Source of the DNA: Thermoplasmata archaeon
GTDB lineage: Archaea; Thermoplasmatota; Thermoplasmata; Lutacidiplasmatales; UBA184
Reading direction: 5' to 3'
DNA length: 35,913 bases
Assembly: GCA_028864975.1 (NCBI GenBank)
Contig: JAGWLG010000037.1
Span: 1-35,913, forward strand
Below the pieces are notes generated by a model. That model searched no databases and was not told where the DNA came from. It saw nothing but the letters and a program-made list of their open reading frames with translations. A program made the position numbers and the translations under genes. Within the stretch, counting starts at the first letter, position 1. The number at the start of each line of letters is the position of its first letter. Shown piece by piece: positions 7,838-16,641 of the stretch.

Positions 7838-8638
7838 TCACCGTTTCGTCGGAGCGCGGCGGTCCTGGAACGGTGCCGCCGGGCCGGCGGAGCCCCGCTT
7901 GTCGCCTGCCCTCGGGGCCTTTGTCCGCGGTGATCTCCCGGTGCACCTCATCCCGTAGAGCCCGAGCCCCCGCCGCCCGACGGGGGTGGACCCGCGCCTG
8001 CGTGCCCAGCTCAGCAGGGCCGGGCACAGCCCTCCCCCGGGGCCGTGGTCCACGATCGCGACACCCCCCGGAGGAACGAGAGGGTCGATCCTGCGGAACT
8101 CCAGCTCGCTCGTTGCATCGTCGTGCGGGACGTCATACACGAAGAGGTCGACCCCGGGCAGCTCGCGGGCGAGCAGCGGGAGGACCACCTCCTTGTCGCC
8201 CAGACGGAGGTCCCATCGCTTCCGCAACGTGAACGGCACCGCCCATCCGGAGGATCGGCCTTTTGGAAGGGACCAGGAGACCCGGGGTGGGGGACCTCTG
8301 GCCCTGGACCTTCGAGGGAACGATGGGAGGTCGACCGAGTGGAGAGTTCCCCGGTGGTTGAGCTCGAGGGCGTGGAGGAGATAGGCCGAGGAGACCCCGG
8401 AGGAGACCCCGACCTCCACCACGTGCGCGGGGCGGAGCAGGCGCACTAGCGCATGCAGCTCGAGCGGAGCGTCGATCTCGACGTAGGAGGCTCGGCCTTC
8501 GGAGGCGTGCTCGCCTTCGAGGTGGCGGTAGAGCGCCCGAGCGTCCTTCGCCTCGGTGAGGGCGGCCTTGCAGGCCTTCGTCGGCCGATGGACGAGGCGC
8601 CGGACCCACTCGAGGTCTGGCTCCTCCTCCGACTTCAG
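7838..8638 (-). CDS. Class I SAM-dependent methyltransferase (Methyltransf_24-like), probable CTG start
   Basis: VVEVGVSSGVSS motif I, SVDLP, DLFVYD; frame is open 64 codons upstream of the listed GTG to a CTG preceded by GAGGAGGAG. Confidence 0.8.
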   Translation of the reverse strand: MKSEEEPDLEWVRRLVHRPTKACKAALTEAKDARALYRHLEGEHASEGRASYVEIDAPLELHALVRLLRPAHVVEVGVSSGVSSAYLLHALELNHRGTLHSVDLPSFPRRSRARGPPPRVSWSLPKGRSSGWAVPFTLRKRWDLRLGDKEVVLPLLARELPGVDLFVYDVPHDDATSELEFRRIDPLVPPGGVAIVDHGPGGGLCPALLSWARRRGSTPVGRRGLGLYGMRCTGRSPRTKAPRAGDKRGSAGPAAPFQDRRAPTKR

Positions 8639-8654
8639 CGCTCCTCCTCGATGA

Positions 8655-9098
8655 TCAGAGGCCGGTCAGCTCGGCCAAGTTCCCGATCCAATCGAGCCCG
8701 CGGTGCGCCTTAGGGCGGGCCTCCCGGACGCGCGCGTAGGCGCTCTCCAGAGAGATCCCTTCTGAGCGGTGGAGGTACCAGGCGCCGCCGAAAGGGGAGC
8801 GGTAAATTCCGTGCCCGCAGAAGACGAGCACCGGCATGCCGCGGTCGCGGGCGGACTTCATCTCCTTAGCCAGGCGGTCCAGGTTCTTTCGGTCGGCGCG
8901 GTCCACTTTCTCGCTGTAGATCGCAATGTGCTGGGAGGGGGGCATCCCTTCGGGCTCCTCGTCCAGGACGCAGAAGCGCGCCCCCTGGAACTTGACCGCG
9001 TCGTCCCAATTTCCGACGTAAACGCCGGGGGCGATCTCGGAGGGGGTCTTGCTGGGTCGCTTGGCTCGAGGGGCGTTCTTCGACTTCGCGCTCGACAT
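8655..9098 (-). CDS. Dual-specificity/protein-tyrosine phosphatase family protein
   Basis: VLVFCGHGIYRS is an intact CX5R(S) P-loop; IAPGVYVG is a typical DSP start; SD AGGAG before ATG 9098. Confidence 0.85.
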   Translation of the reverse strand: MSSAKSKNAPRAKRPSKTPSEIAPGVYVGNWDDAVKFQGARFCVLDEEPEGMPPSQHIAIYSEKVDRADRKNLDRLAKEMKSARDRGMPVLVFCGHGIYRSPFGGAWYLHRSEGISLESAYARVREARPKAHRGLDWIGNLAELTGL

Positions 9099-9163
9099 GG
9101 TCGCTCCTGGGGACCACATGGGCTCCAGAACCATCTCGATAGAACCGCCCCCGGGCGGCTCCT

Positions 9164-9171
9164 GATAAATA
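9164..9171 (+). promoter_or_regulatory. TATA-like box for the HTH_10 regulator
   Basis: GATAAATA, 32 nt before ATG 9196. Confidence 0.55.
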
Positions 9172-9195
9172 CTGAGCTCCCGCTGCTATCGGGGA

Positions 9196-9963
9196 ATGCC
9201 GATCGTGGATGCCCGCGTGCGTGTGCACCACCCGTGCCCCTACTGCGACCTCTCCACGCGCTTCCCGCGCACGCTCTTCTTGCTTTGGTGCGACAACCGC
9301 AGAGACGTGGTGCTCATCTCCAGCCCCCGCCCGAAGGAGTTGCGAACGGTGCTCTTGGCGTGGAAACGCGGGTTCCACGCACGGGTCCTCCTGCGGGAGG
9401 GCAATGACGCGCTCGTCATCGTTCCCGACTTCGAGTGGCCCGACCCGCCGTCCGTCACCCGCCTCGCGCGGTCCGGGGGAGTGTGGGCGCTGCATCCGGT
9501 CCTCTACTTCGGCGGCGAGGAGACCTACCGGTTCCTAGCGCCTTCCCGCGCCCTGCTCCAGCAGCTGTGTCGGAAGCTCCGCAAGCTGGGGGCCGTGGAG
9601 GTCCTCTCCGTCACGGACCGGGCCGGCCTCGAGTCGGTCCGAACGGTGCCCGCGGCGACGGTGCACCTCTTGGAGGGGCTGACCGAGCCGCAGGCTCGCT
9701 CCCTCGTTGCTGCTCGAGACGCGGGTCTGCTCGAGGTCCCAGCCCGCTCAAATTGGGCCGAGGTGGCGCGCGCCCAGGGCCTCTCCCGTTCCACGTTCGG
9801 CGAGCACCTGCGCAAGGGACAACGCAAGTTGCTCGAGAACAGCTACCCCCTCCTACGGGCCCGGCTGGGATCGAAGGCGCGGAGGGCGGGAAGCGCAATG
9901 GAGAAACGTGAGGCGAGCCACCGACGGAGGCAGAGAAGGTCTTTGCTCACGCCAGGGCTCTGA
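9196..9963 (+). CDS. HTH_10 (bacterio-opsin activator-type) transcriptional regulator
   Basis: LTEPQARSLVAARDAGLLEVPARSNWAEVARAQGLSRSTFGEHLRKGQRKLL matches the HTH_10 consensus; N-terminal HHPCPYC. Confidence 0.85.
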   Translation: MPIVDARVRVHHPCPYCDLSTRFPRTLFLLWCDNRRDVVLISSPRPKELRTVLLAWKRGFHARVLLREGNDALVIVPDFEWPDPPSVTRLARSGGVWALHPVLYFGGEETYRFLAPSRALLQQLCRKLRKLGAVEVLSVTDRAGLESVRTVPAATVHLLEGLTEPQARSLVAARDAGLLEVPARSNWAEVARAQGLSRSTFGEHLRKGQRKLLENSYPLLRARLGSKARRAGSAMEKREASHRRRQRRSLLTPGL

Positions 9964-9994
9964 ATGCGTTGCGGCCCGACGCAGGTCGCCGAAC

Positions 9995-10687
9995 CTAGGT
10001 GGTCGGGGCCGGCGCGGCCGCGGGCGCCGCCACCTTCGGCAGGCTGATGATGCCGAAGAACAGCAGGATGATCCCGATGAACTCGGCGTAGTAGAGGAAG
10101 ACCGGGAAGGACGCGATGTAGAGCGTTCCCCCCGCCCCGAGCACCAAGGCTCCTGCGATGAGGAGCAGGGTCTGCCACTTTCGGCTCCGACGGAGTCCGA
10201 CGATGGCCGAGGCCAGGAGCACGACCGTCGCGGGGCCCGTGATGACGGTGGAGGCGAGGATCAGGCTCAAGGGGGGACTTCCCGAGATGATCCCCCCCAG
10301 GCCGCGCGGGCTGACCATCTGGGAGGGAGACACAGGTACCACGAAACTGATGACGCCGACGACCGCGGTGGCCGCCCAGATGAAGAGCGAGTATCCCCGC
10401 TCCAGGCGAGGGCTGCGCAGGACCCGGGTCGCCCCGAGGGAGAGCACCCCCACAAGGGCGGCGGAGAGGAAGATGTAGGCCTGAAGGAGAGGCACCGTGA
10501 CGACCCCATCGTACACGACCGCCTCCACGACCATCGCCAACGATGCAAGCACAAGCCCTGCGGCCCACATGAGTTGGACCCAGACACGTCTTGCCAGATA
10601 CTCCCGAACCCCGCGGATGCCGAGGAAGGCGAGCGCGGCAGCGAGGAGCCAGAGCGAGACGGCGATCGCCGCGGGGGTTGGGTCCAC
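9995..10687 (-). CDS. Uncharacterised ~7-TM membrane protein
   Basis: About seven hydrophobic segments; start set at GTG 10687 downstream of a GATATATG box. Confidence 0.7.
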   Translation of the reverse strand: MDPTPAAIAVSLWLLAAALAFLGIRGVREYLARRVWVQLMWAAGLVLASLAMVVEAVVYDGVVTVPLLQAYIFLSAALVGVLSLGATRVLRSPRLERGYSLFIWAATAVVGVISFVVPVSPSQMVSPRGLGGIISGSPPLSLILASTVITGPATVVLLASAIVGLRRSRKWQTLLLIAGALVLGAGGTLYIASFPVFLYYAEFIGIILLFFGIISLPKVAAPAAAPAPTT

Positions 10688-10903
10688 GTCAGACCTTGCT
10701 GCGGAGGCGAGCCCTGTCCCCCCATATATCGAACGCGGTCGTCCCAAGGCCACGCGGTCGGGATGTCGGGCCGAGCAGGGTGGACCCCGTGGCATGTCGC
10801 TCGGGCCAATCGCGTGGTGGAGACCTCACGTTCGAGGCGAACCGAGGTGGAGCCGCGTGTGGCACAAGGGAGTCGTTTTCCGCACGCTAACCCTTGTCGT
10901 TCG

Positions 10904-13900
10904 ATGCGGGTCGGACTGAGGGTCCCCCTCACCGGCGTCCTGTTCCTGCTGCTCCTCCTTCCCACGAGTCCCGTCGCACCGGTCCACCCCTCCGCGATGA
11001 GGGCGGACCCTCCCGTCCGCGCGTCCCAGAACCCGGGAGACCTCTTGGGGGCGCCGGCAGCCCCCGCCATCTCAGAGTCCCCCGCGTCACCATGGGTCGG
11101 CGGTACGGCTTCCCGCGGCACCCTTCCCATCCCTCGATGGACCCCGCTTCCCAGCTACATCTGGATGGTCCAGCTCCAGTTCTACAACATCTCGGGCACG
11201 CCCTACGCCCAGAGCGACTTCGACCGCATCGCGGCCAACGGCTACAACACCGTGGAGCTGATCGTCCCGTGGACCTTGGAGACCTCCCAAGGGGTCTACG
11301 ACTTCTCTCAGCTCGATACCTACATGGGCGAAGCCCAACAGGACGCGCTGGCGGTGGTCCTGGTCTTCTGGTACGAGGGTTGGACCTTCGGAGTGGCCAA
11401 TTGGGTACCGTCGTGGATCACCGCTCGAGAGACCTATTCGAACGGAGCGACTGCCTCTTACCCGCCGTGGTGGGACGCTGGTGCCCGCTCGGACTACTTC
11501 GGTTTCCTCAACGCCACGATCGCCCATGTTGACCCTGACGGCAACTTCCAAGGGGTCTACGCCCCGTTCGGATGGCTGGACTACCCTTGGTCCCCTCCCC
11601 CCTCGGGAGCCTCCGGGGCCGTGGTGGCGGGATATTCGGCCGCCACCACCGCGGCCTACGACTGGTACCTGGAGTCCCAGTGGGCATCTCTGGCCCAGTA
11701 CAACTCGGCGTACGGGACCTCGTACACCGCCTGGTCGCAGATACCCGCCTCTCTCCCCGGGAGCGCAGAGTGGAACGACTTCGGGAACTTCCGTATCTTC
11801 AGCGTCGAGCAGACCTTCGCTCAACTGAGCCAGTACGTCAGGGCCGTCACGAACCGGACGATCTTCTACTACTACGGCGGGGACATCTCTGGCGCTGTCG
11901 TTGGGGTCAATCTCGAGGACTACTACTTCCAGCTCGCCGCGCAGTACGGGGGGATCGTCAACGTCGACGACGCGGACTGGCCCGCGCTCGTCGCCACCTT
12001 TGGCTCACTTGCCTCGCGGTACCACGTGCCGTTCATCCAGGAGTTCACCCCGCCAAGCTCCGGCTTCCAGGGAGGCTTCGAAGAAACGATGGCCAACATG
12101 TACATCGGGCGCCCGTGGGAGGTCGGCGCGGACTTCTTCACCTACAATCCTCCGAACCCGAGCTTCGCCTGGGCCTTCCCCCTGTTCGGGAGCCTGCGGA
12201 GCATCACCGAAGCGACCGCCCCTTCCCAGACCCCGCAGAACGGCGTCGCGGCGCTGGTCAGCTACTTCTCGGGCTTCTACACCTTCGCGAACAACGGACA
12301 AGCCACCAACTCGTTGCCCACCCAGCAGAACTTCCTCTTCCAGCTCACGTACACGCACCGTCCCTTCGAAGTGGTGTCCGACCTTGAGCTGATGGCGAGC
12401 GCGGTGAACCTGACCCAGTTCTCCTCGGTCCTGGACCTGGGAAGCGCCTACGGCGACACGGCCCACGCACCGTACATCCAGGGAGATTTGCGATGGTTCG
12501 TCGGTCACGGGGGAAACCTCGTCGCATCTTCCAGCAGCGTCGCGTTCCTCAACGGGCAGCCGGCGCTCGTTCAGCTGAGCCTATCCCCGGCCCCTGCCGC
12601 CGACCAGATCGAGGTCCAAGGCACCTCTGTGCCCTCCTCCTCGGTGCTCTACCTCGCGGCCTGCAACTGGGACATCGACACGAACAGCGCGACCGCAGAG
12701 AGCGGTTCGCTGGGGGTCGTCCTCTCGACGTGGGGCTTGCCAGGGTTCGGGACCTACTACGTCAACGACCTGCTCTCGGGGACCACAACCTCGGTTACGG
12801 CAAGTTCCGGAGTGGTCTCGATACCCTGGAGCCCTGCCGCGGGCCAACTGAACTACTTCCAGCTGGTCCCCGCCACGCCGCTCATTTTGACGATCGCGAC
12901 CAATGCCTCGCAAGGAGAAGGCTCGCTCCCGGTCGCCCTGTCAGCTGCAGTCTCCGGTGGTACGACGATCTACGGGGCGGTCTCTTGGACCTTGGGGGAC
13001 GGTGCGACCGCCACAGGCTCTTCGATCACCCACACCTACGTTGCGCCTTCGGGTTCCGTGTTCACGGTGAACGCGACGGTCGCCGACTCCTCGGCGTCCA
13101 CCGTCACTTCGACCCTCCAGATCACGGTACTCCTGTCGCTCTCGATCTCGCTCTCCCCGGCCTTCGCCTGGGCGGAGGTCGGCGGTTCCAGGGTCGGGCT
13201 CCAAGCGACGAGCCGTGGTGGAGACGGTCCTATCAATCTCACCTGGAGCGACAATGGCTCCACCCTTCCGGGGGCCTTCGGTTGGAACCTCTCCTATGCG
13301 CCCACCATCGCGGGTAACCGAACCCTCTCCGTGCGGGCGCTCGACGCTCTCGGAGGACGCGCGGTCGCCGCAGTTCCGATCGAGGTCTTGCCTCCGCTCG
13401 CCGTCGCTCTGACCGGACCTTCCGTGGTCGAGCTCCCGGCGGGGGCGTCCTTCCTCGCCCACCTGTCCGGGGGTCGGCCCGGCTCCGCGGTTCTGTCCTG
13501 GTGGGTCGGCGGGACCAGGGTCGCCGGCGCGAACGGGACCTTGCTTTCCCTTCCCTCGTCGTCCTTCCCCAGCCTTCGCGCTGGCAATTACGTGATCAAC
13601 GCGACCGCCCTCGACGCCCTTGGAGGGAGGGCGAACTCGGCCCCCTCGTCGCTGGTCGTGGTCGCGCACGTTGCGGTTCGCATCAACCCCTCCAACGCCA
13701 ACGTCACCTTGGGCTCCTCGGCCCATCTGACCTCAACCACCGTCGGAGGGACGTGTCCTTGCCGCTACGTCTGGTTCGAGACCTCCCCGGTGCAGCTCAC
13801 AGGGGGCAGAGGTATGAACCAGACGGAGAATGCGACCTCGACCGGGACCTTCACCTTCGAGGTCAAGGTGATGGACAACCTTGGAGGGGCCGCGTTCGCG

Positions 13901-14203
13901 AACGCGACGATCGTGGTCCTCGCTCCACCGAGCTCCCCTCCACCGAACTCCCCTGCGCCAAACCCAGGGGGAGGTTGGTTCTCGATGCTCGGGTCGAACA
14001 CCCTCTGGGTTTTCCTGGTCCTACTGCTTGCGGTGGGAGGCGTTCTGGGGGCCCTGGAACTTCGCAGGCGTCGCCGAGGTGGATCGGCCCAGGCCGCTCC
14101 ACCGGCGCAAGAGGGCGGCAAGGCGCCCATGGTCGAGCCCTCGGGGTGGTCCGAGGACCCGAGCGGAGCGGACGAGGTCCTACCCGGTCCGCCCCCGCCA
14201 TAG
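10904..14203 (+). CDS. Secreted, C-terminally anchored GH42-like (beta/alpha)8 glycoside hydrolase with PKD/Ig-like domains (1099 aa)
   Basis: Signal-like N-terminus; DFDRIAANGYNTVEL..W....GVYDFSQLD; YNSAYGT; FIQEF; PKD motif SWTLGDG..THTY; Pro linker, TM helix and RRRRR. Confidence 0.8.
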   Translation: MRVGLRVPLTGVLFLLLLLPTSPVAPVHPSAMRADPPVRASQNPGDLLGAPAAPAISESPASPWVGGTASRGTLPIPRWTPLPSYIWMVQLQFYNISGTPYAQSDFDRIAANGYNTVELIVPWTLETSQGVYDFSQLDTYMGEAQQDALAVVLVFWYEGWTFGVANWVPSWITARETYSNGATASYPPWWDAGARSDYFGFLNATIAHVDPDGNFQGVYAPFGWLDYPWSPPPSGASGAVVAGYSAATTAAYDWYLESQWASLAQYNSAYGTSYTAWSQIPASLPGSAEWNDFGNFRIFSVEQTFAQLSQYVRAVTNRTIFYYYGGDISGAVVGVNLEDYYFQLAAQYGGIVNVDDADWPALVATFGSLASRYHVPFIQEFTPPSSGFQGGFEETMANMYIGRPWEVGADFFTYNPPNPSFAWAFPLFGSLRSITEATAPSQTPQNGVAALVSYFSGFYTFANNGQATNSLPTQQNFLFQLTYTHRPFEVVSDLELMASAVNLTQFSSVLDLGSAYGDTAHAPYIQGDLRWFVGHGGNLVASSSSVAFLNGQPALVQLSLSPAPAADQIEVQGTSVPSSSVLYLAACNWDIDTNSATAESGSLGVVLSTWGLPGFGTYYVNDLLSGTTTSVTASSGVVSIPWSPAAGQLNYFQLVPATPLILTIATNASQGEGSLPVALSAAVSGGTTIYGAVSWTLGDGATATGSSITHTYVAPSGSVFTVNATVADSSASTVTSTLQITVLLSLSISLSPAFAWAEVGGSRVGLQATSRGGDGPINLTWSDNGSTLPGAFGWNLSYAPTIAGNRTLSVRALDALGGRAVAAVPIEVLPPLAVALTGPSVVELPAGASFLAHLSGGRPGSAVLSWWVGGTRVAGANGTLLSLPSSSFPSLRAGNYVINATALDALGGRANSAPSSLVVVAHVAVRINPSNANVTLGSSAHLTSTTVGGTCPCRYVWFETSPVQLTGGRGMNQTENATSTGTFTFEVKVMDNLGGAAFANATIVVLAPPSSPPPNSPAPNPGGGWFSMLGSNTLWVFLVLLLAVGGVLGALELRRRRRGGSAQAAPPAQEGGKAPMVEPSGWSEDPSGADEVLPGPPPP

Positions 14204-14265
14204 TCGCTCGTGCTCTCGAGCGAGGTTCGAGAACCTTTCAAAGGGAGGCCTCTCTCCCCGGGACC

Positions 14266-14685
14266 GTGAAGAACGACCGCCTTCGGTTCCGATACACCGG
14301 CATAGAGGTCACCGACCTCGACCGCTCCCTCCGTTTCTACCAAGGACTTGGCTTCCGAGAGATCTACCGCGGTACCATGGGTCATGGCGGTGTGTGGGTC
14401 CACCTTCGGCTCCTTGGGCAGGTCACTCGCCTCGAGCTGAACTGGTACCCTCGGGGGAACCGGTTCCGTCGACCCTACCGGCACGGCTCGGAGCTCGACC
14501 ATCTTGGTTTTCGGGTCGAGGATCCGGAGACTTGGGCCCGACGCGCGCGGAAGCTGGGCGGCAAGGTCGTGGCCCGCGTCAACGAGCCCCACGAGTGGCT
14601 CACCTATGTCGCCGACCCTGACGGGATCTGGCTGGAGTTCATCGGGGACGCTTCGAAGCGACCGCGATCCCCGCGCCGACGCTGA
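14266..14685 (+). CDS. VOC/glyoxalase family protein
   Basis: YTGIEVTDLDRSLRFY, LEL, DHLGFRVED, DPDGIWLEF; CTTTCAAA box 31 nt upstream of GTG. Confidence 0.88.
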   Translation: MKNDRLRFRYTGIEVTDLDRSLRFYQGLGFREIYRGTMGHGGVWVHLRLLGQVTRLELNWYPRGNRFRRPYRHGSELDHLGFRVEDPETWARRARKLGGKVVARVNEPHEWLTYVADPDGIWLEFIGDASKRPRSPRRR

Positions 14686-14771
14686 AGTCGAAATCTCCAC
14701 CTCGGGAAGGAACTTCACACCATCTCGCGAGCACCTTCAAATACGCCCCTTCGATGGACGCGCGGCACGAT

Positions 14772-14846
14772 AGCGGGGTAGGGTAGTCAGGTCATCCCGA
14801 CGGGCTCATAACCCGTAGATCCATGGTTCAAATCCATGCCCCGCTA
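14772..14846 (+). tRNA. Initiator tRNA-Met(CAT)
   Basis: AGCGGGG/CCCCGCT acceptor with A1-U72, anticodon arm ACGGG-CTCATAA-CCCGT with three G-C pairs, T loop TTCAAAT; CTTCAAAT box upstream. Confidence 0.95.
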
Positions 14847-14848
14847 CT
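14833..14848 (+). repeat. att-like direct repeat, copy 1 (tRNA-iMet 3' end)
   Basis: TCCATGCCCCGCTACT, identical to 16441-16456. Confidence 0.9.
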
Positions 14849-14906
14849 ACCGTTCTTGGTGGCCACGGCTTTGTTGGTAGGTGACTTCTCTTCCGCGGCG
14901 CGCGGC

Positions 14907-15605
14907 CTACCATGACGACAGCGGCTGCTTGGTGGTCGGCCCCGTGGGCCTCCCGGAGGCTCTCCGCGTGATCCCACCGCGAGAGGAGGTGCTTCCTGTC
15001 TCCGTGTCGGCGACCGACTGGAGGTCGAGTCGCGGGAAGTACGCGAGAACGCGCGGGAGATCGACGTCGACGGCCTTGGAGGCGGGGACACCGCCTCCTG
15101 CCTCGGACAGGAAATGGCTCAGGCGTTTCATCCGCAGGTAGTGGAGGTCGTCTCGTGTTTCGGTCGAGGCTTCGAAGTACGCTTCCCGAAGATCGTACGT
15201 CTGCAAATGTGGATTCTGGACATTGTTGAAGGCCATGGGAAGGGGTTCGACGGGAAAGATCATCGGCGCAACGCGCAGCATTTCCCGAGAGACCCGGATC
15301 CTGGTTCGTTCGCTTCGAAGGGAACGAATGCGTGTACGTTGCGGGCGAGGTCAAGACAAGGAGGGAAGAAGGGAGATCAGCGGACCTCCGCCCCCACGGG
15401 GAAAGATCGGCTCACAAGGCGTGTATTCGTGACGGCCTCGTGAAAGACTGGCCAACGCTCCCACTTGAGCGCAACCACGGCCGTCCTCTCCCGCCAGAAC
15501 CGCGAGTGAGACTGTGGTGATGGCGTGCGTGCCAGATCCCATCTCGAGTAGACTCCGGCTTTCCAGCCATGGAGCGTCTTGAAAAGTCCTGTAGCGTTCA
15601 ACCAT
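14907..15605 (-). pseudogene. Putative decayed tyrosine recombinase catalytic domain
   Basis: ORFs 15351-15605 and 14907-15281 share one frame split by a single TGA (15351-15353); SGTH, YDLREAYF and DLHYL..LSH fall in box I/box II order; points toward the tRNA. Confidence 0.45.
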
Positions 15606-15708
15606 CTCCTACCTTGGCCACTCTCGTGGTATCGGGGGAGTGTGGAGCAAGGGGACGCGGCAACGGAGTTCGCCGAACGTCGGGTCGATAGGTTGGAGAT
15701 GGTCTCAT

Positions 15709-15726
15709 AGTCGGCTCATGCCGACT
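15709..15726 (-). terminator. Perfect hairpin AGTCGGC-TCAT-GCCGACT downstream of the RelE-type toxin
   Basis: 7-bp stem, 4-nt loop, 45 nt after the toxin stop; terminator role inferred. Confidence 0.35.
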
Positions 15727-15770
15727 CCCAGTGTGGTTCCGTTCAGTTCCGGCCGCGACGCATCACAGCC

Positions 15771-16070
15771 TCATCCCGGAAGATGCTGGTACACGTTCCG
15801 CCAGTGGCCAAATCGCAGGATGTTGACCTCCGCTCCGGTCCACTGGAAAACGCAGCGGTAGTCCGCCCAAGGATGACCGTGCTCCTCGGTGAGCTTCAGC
15901 GTCCAGAGGTCACGGGTGTCCCGTAGTCGATGGGCAAGGTACGATCCGGGAAGTGTGAGACGCGCCGCTTTCTCCCACTCCAAGAAGACCGAGAAGTAGG
16001 CTTGGAGCGCTTCCTTGGGAACGCGGCGCGCGGTCGCGTCTCCCTCGGGCTTCACCTCGACGTGGACCAT
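15771..16070 (-). CDS. RelE/ParE superfamily toxin
   Basis: 99 aa; LWTLKL..DYRCVFQW....VNILRFGHWRNVY matches the RelE YR(V/I)..I..(I/V)GHR..VY pattern; follows an antitoxin. Confidence 0.75.
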   Translation of the reverse strand: MVHVEVKPEGDATARRVPKEALQAYFSVFLEWEKAARLTLPGSYLAHRLRDTRDLWTLKLTEEHGHPWADYRCVFQWTGAEVNILRFGHWRNVYQHLPG

Positions 16071-16073
16071 GGC

Positions 16074-16286
16074 CTACTTCAGGCGGTGTCGTCGCTTGAA
16101 CTCTGAAAGCGGGATTCCAGGCCGCTTGAGTTCCTCCGCAGCCCACTTGAGGAACTCCTCTGGCGGGACATGATCCATGAACTCCCGGACAACGTCGTCC
16201 CAGGTCTTCCCCCCGGTCTTGTAGAGCTGGAGCGCCTTCGCGTTCTCGGGTTTCAGAGAGATTGTCGTGTAGTGTGTTGCGGACAT
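16074..16286 (-). CDS. Antitoxin, archaeal RHH-like (TTISL..E...L...K..G.TWDDV)
   Basis: 70 aa, 3 nt upstream of the toxin; CTTATTAC box 31 nt upstream of ATG 16286. Confidence 0.75.
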   Translation of the reverse strand: MSATHYTTISLKPENAKALQLYKTGGKTWDDVVREFMDHVPPEEFLKWAAEELKRPGIPLSEFKRRHRLK

Positions 16287-16440
16287 CGCTAGGAAACAAG
16301 GCAATTATGGTAATAAGACTTCGGAGAGAACGCTCCCTGCGGGGGTGCTCCCGCGAACACGATGGCCCTCGTTCACATCCACGCGGGCGAGAACTGGTTC
16401 TCGAAGCTTGGGAGGATATTCACCTCCTCCGGGGGAGGAG

Positions 16441-16456
16441 TCCATGCCCCGCTACT
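16441..16456 (+). repeat. att-like direct repeat, copy 2
   Basis: TCCATGCCCCGCTACT, identical to 14833-14848; weaker similarity continues to CTTGGTG (14855-14861 vs 16465-16471). Confidence 0.9.
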
Positions 16457-16641
16457 TCCCCTTCCTTGGTGTAGCGGGCGAATCTTCCTCGAGAACGAAT
16501 TGAACGATCGCCCCGTGGTTTTCGTTGATTGAACCATGGTCACGGCCGGGTGGGCTCCGGTCAGGGTTCTTCGCATCATCGGTTCGAGCTTTCCTCGGAA
16601 ACGGCGTTGTAACACGCAAGGCCCCGGGAAACGTTGATCAG

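Larger units (their letters stand above)
14833..16456. mobile_element. ~1.6-kb tRNA-iMet-integrated element (integrase-like relic plus TA module)
   Basis: Bounded by a 16-bp perfect duplication of the tRNA 3' end; looks more AT-rich than flanks (not computed); carries a RelE-type TA pair. Confidence 0.75.

Noticed and set aside
9707-10903. Listed 1498-aa ORF start at 9707
   Set aside because: The first 399 codons overlap the HTH_10 gene and lie antisense to the 7-TM gene; the signal-peptide-like start is ATG 10904
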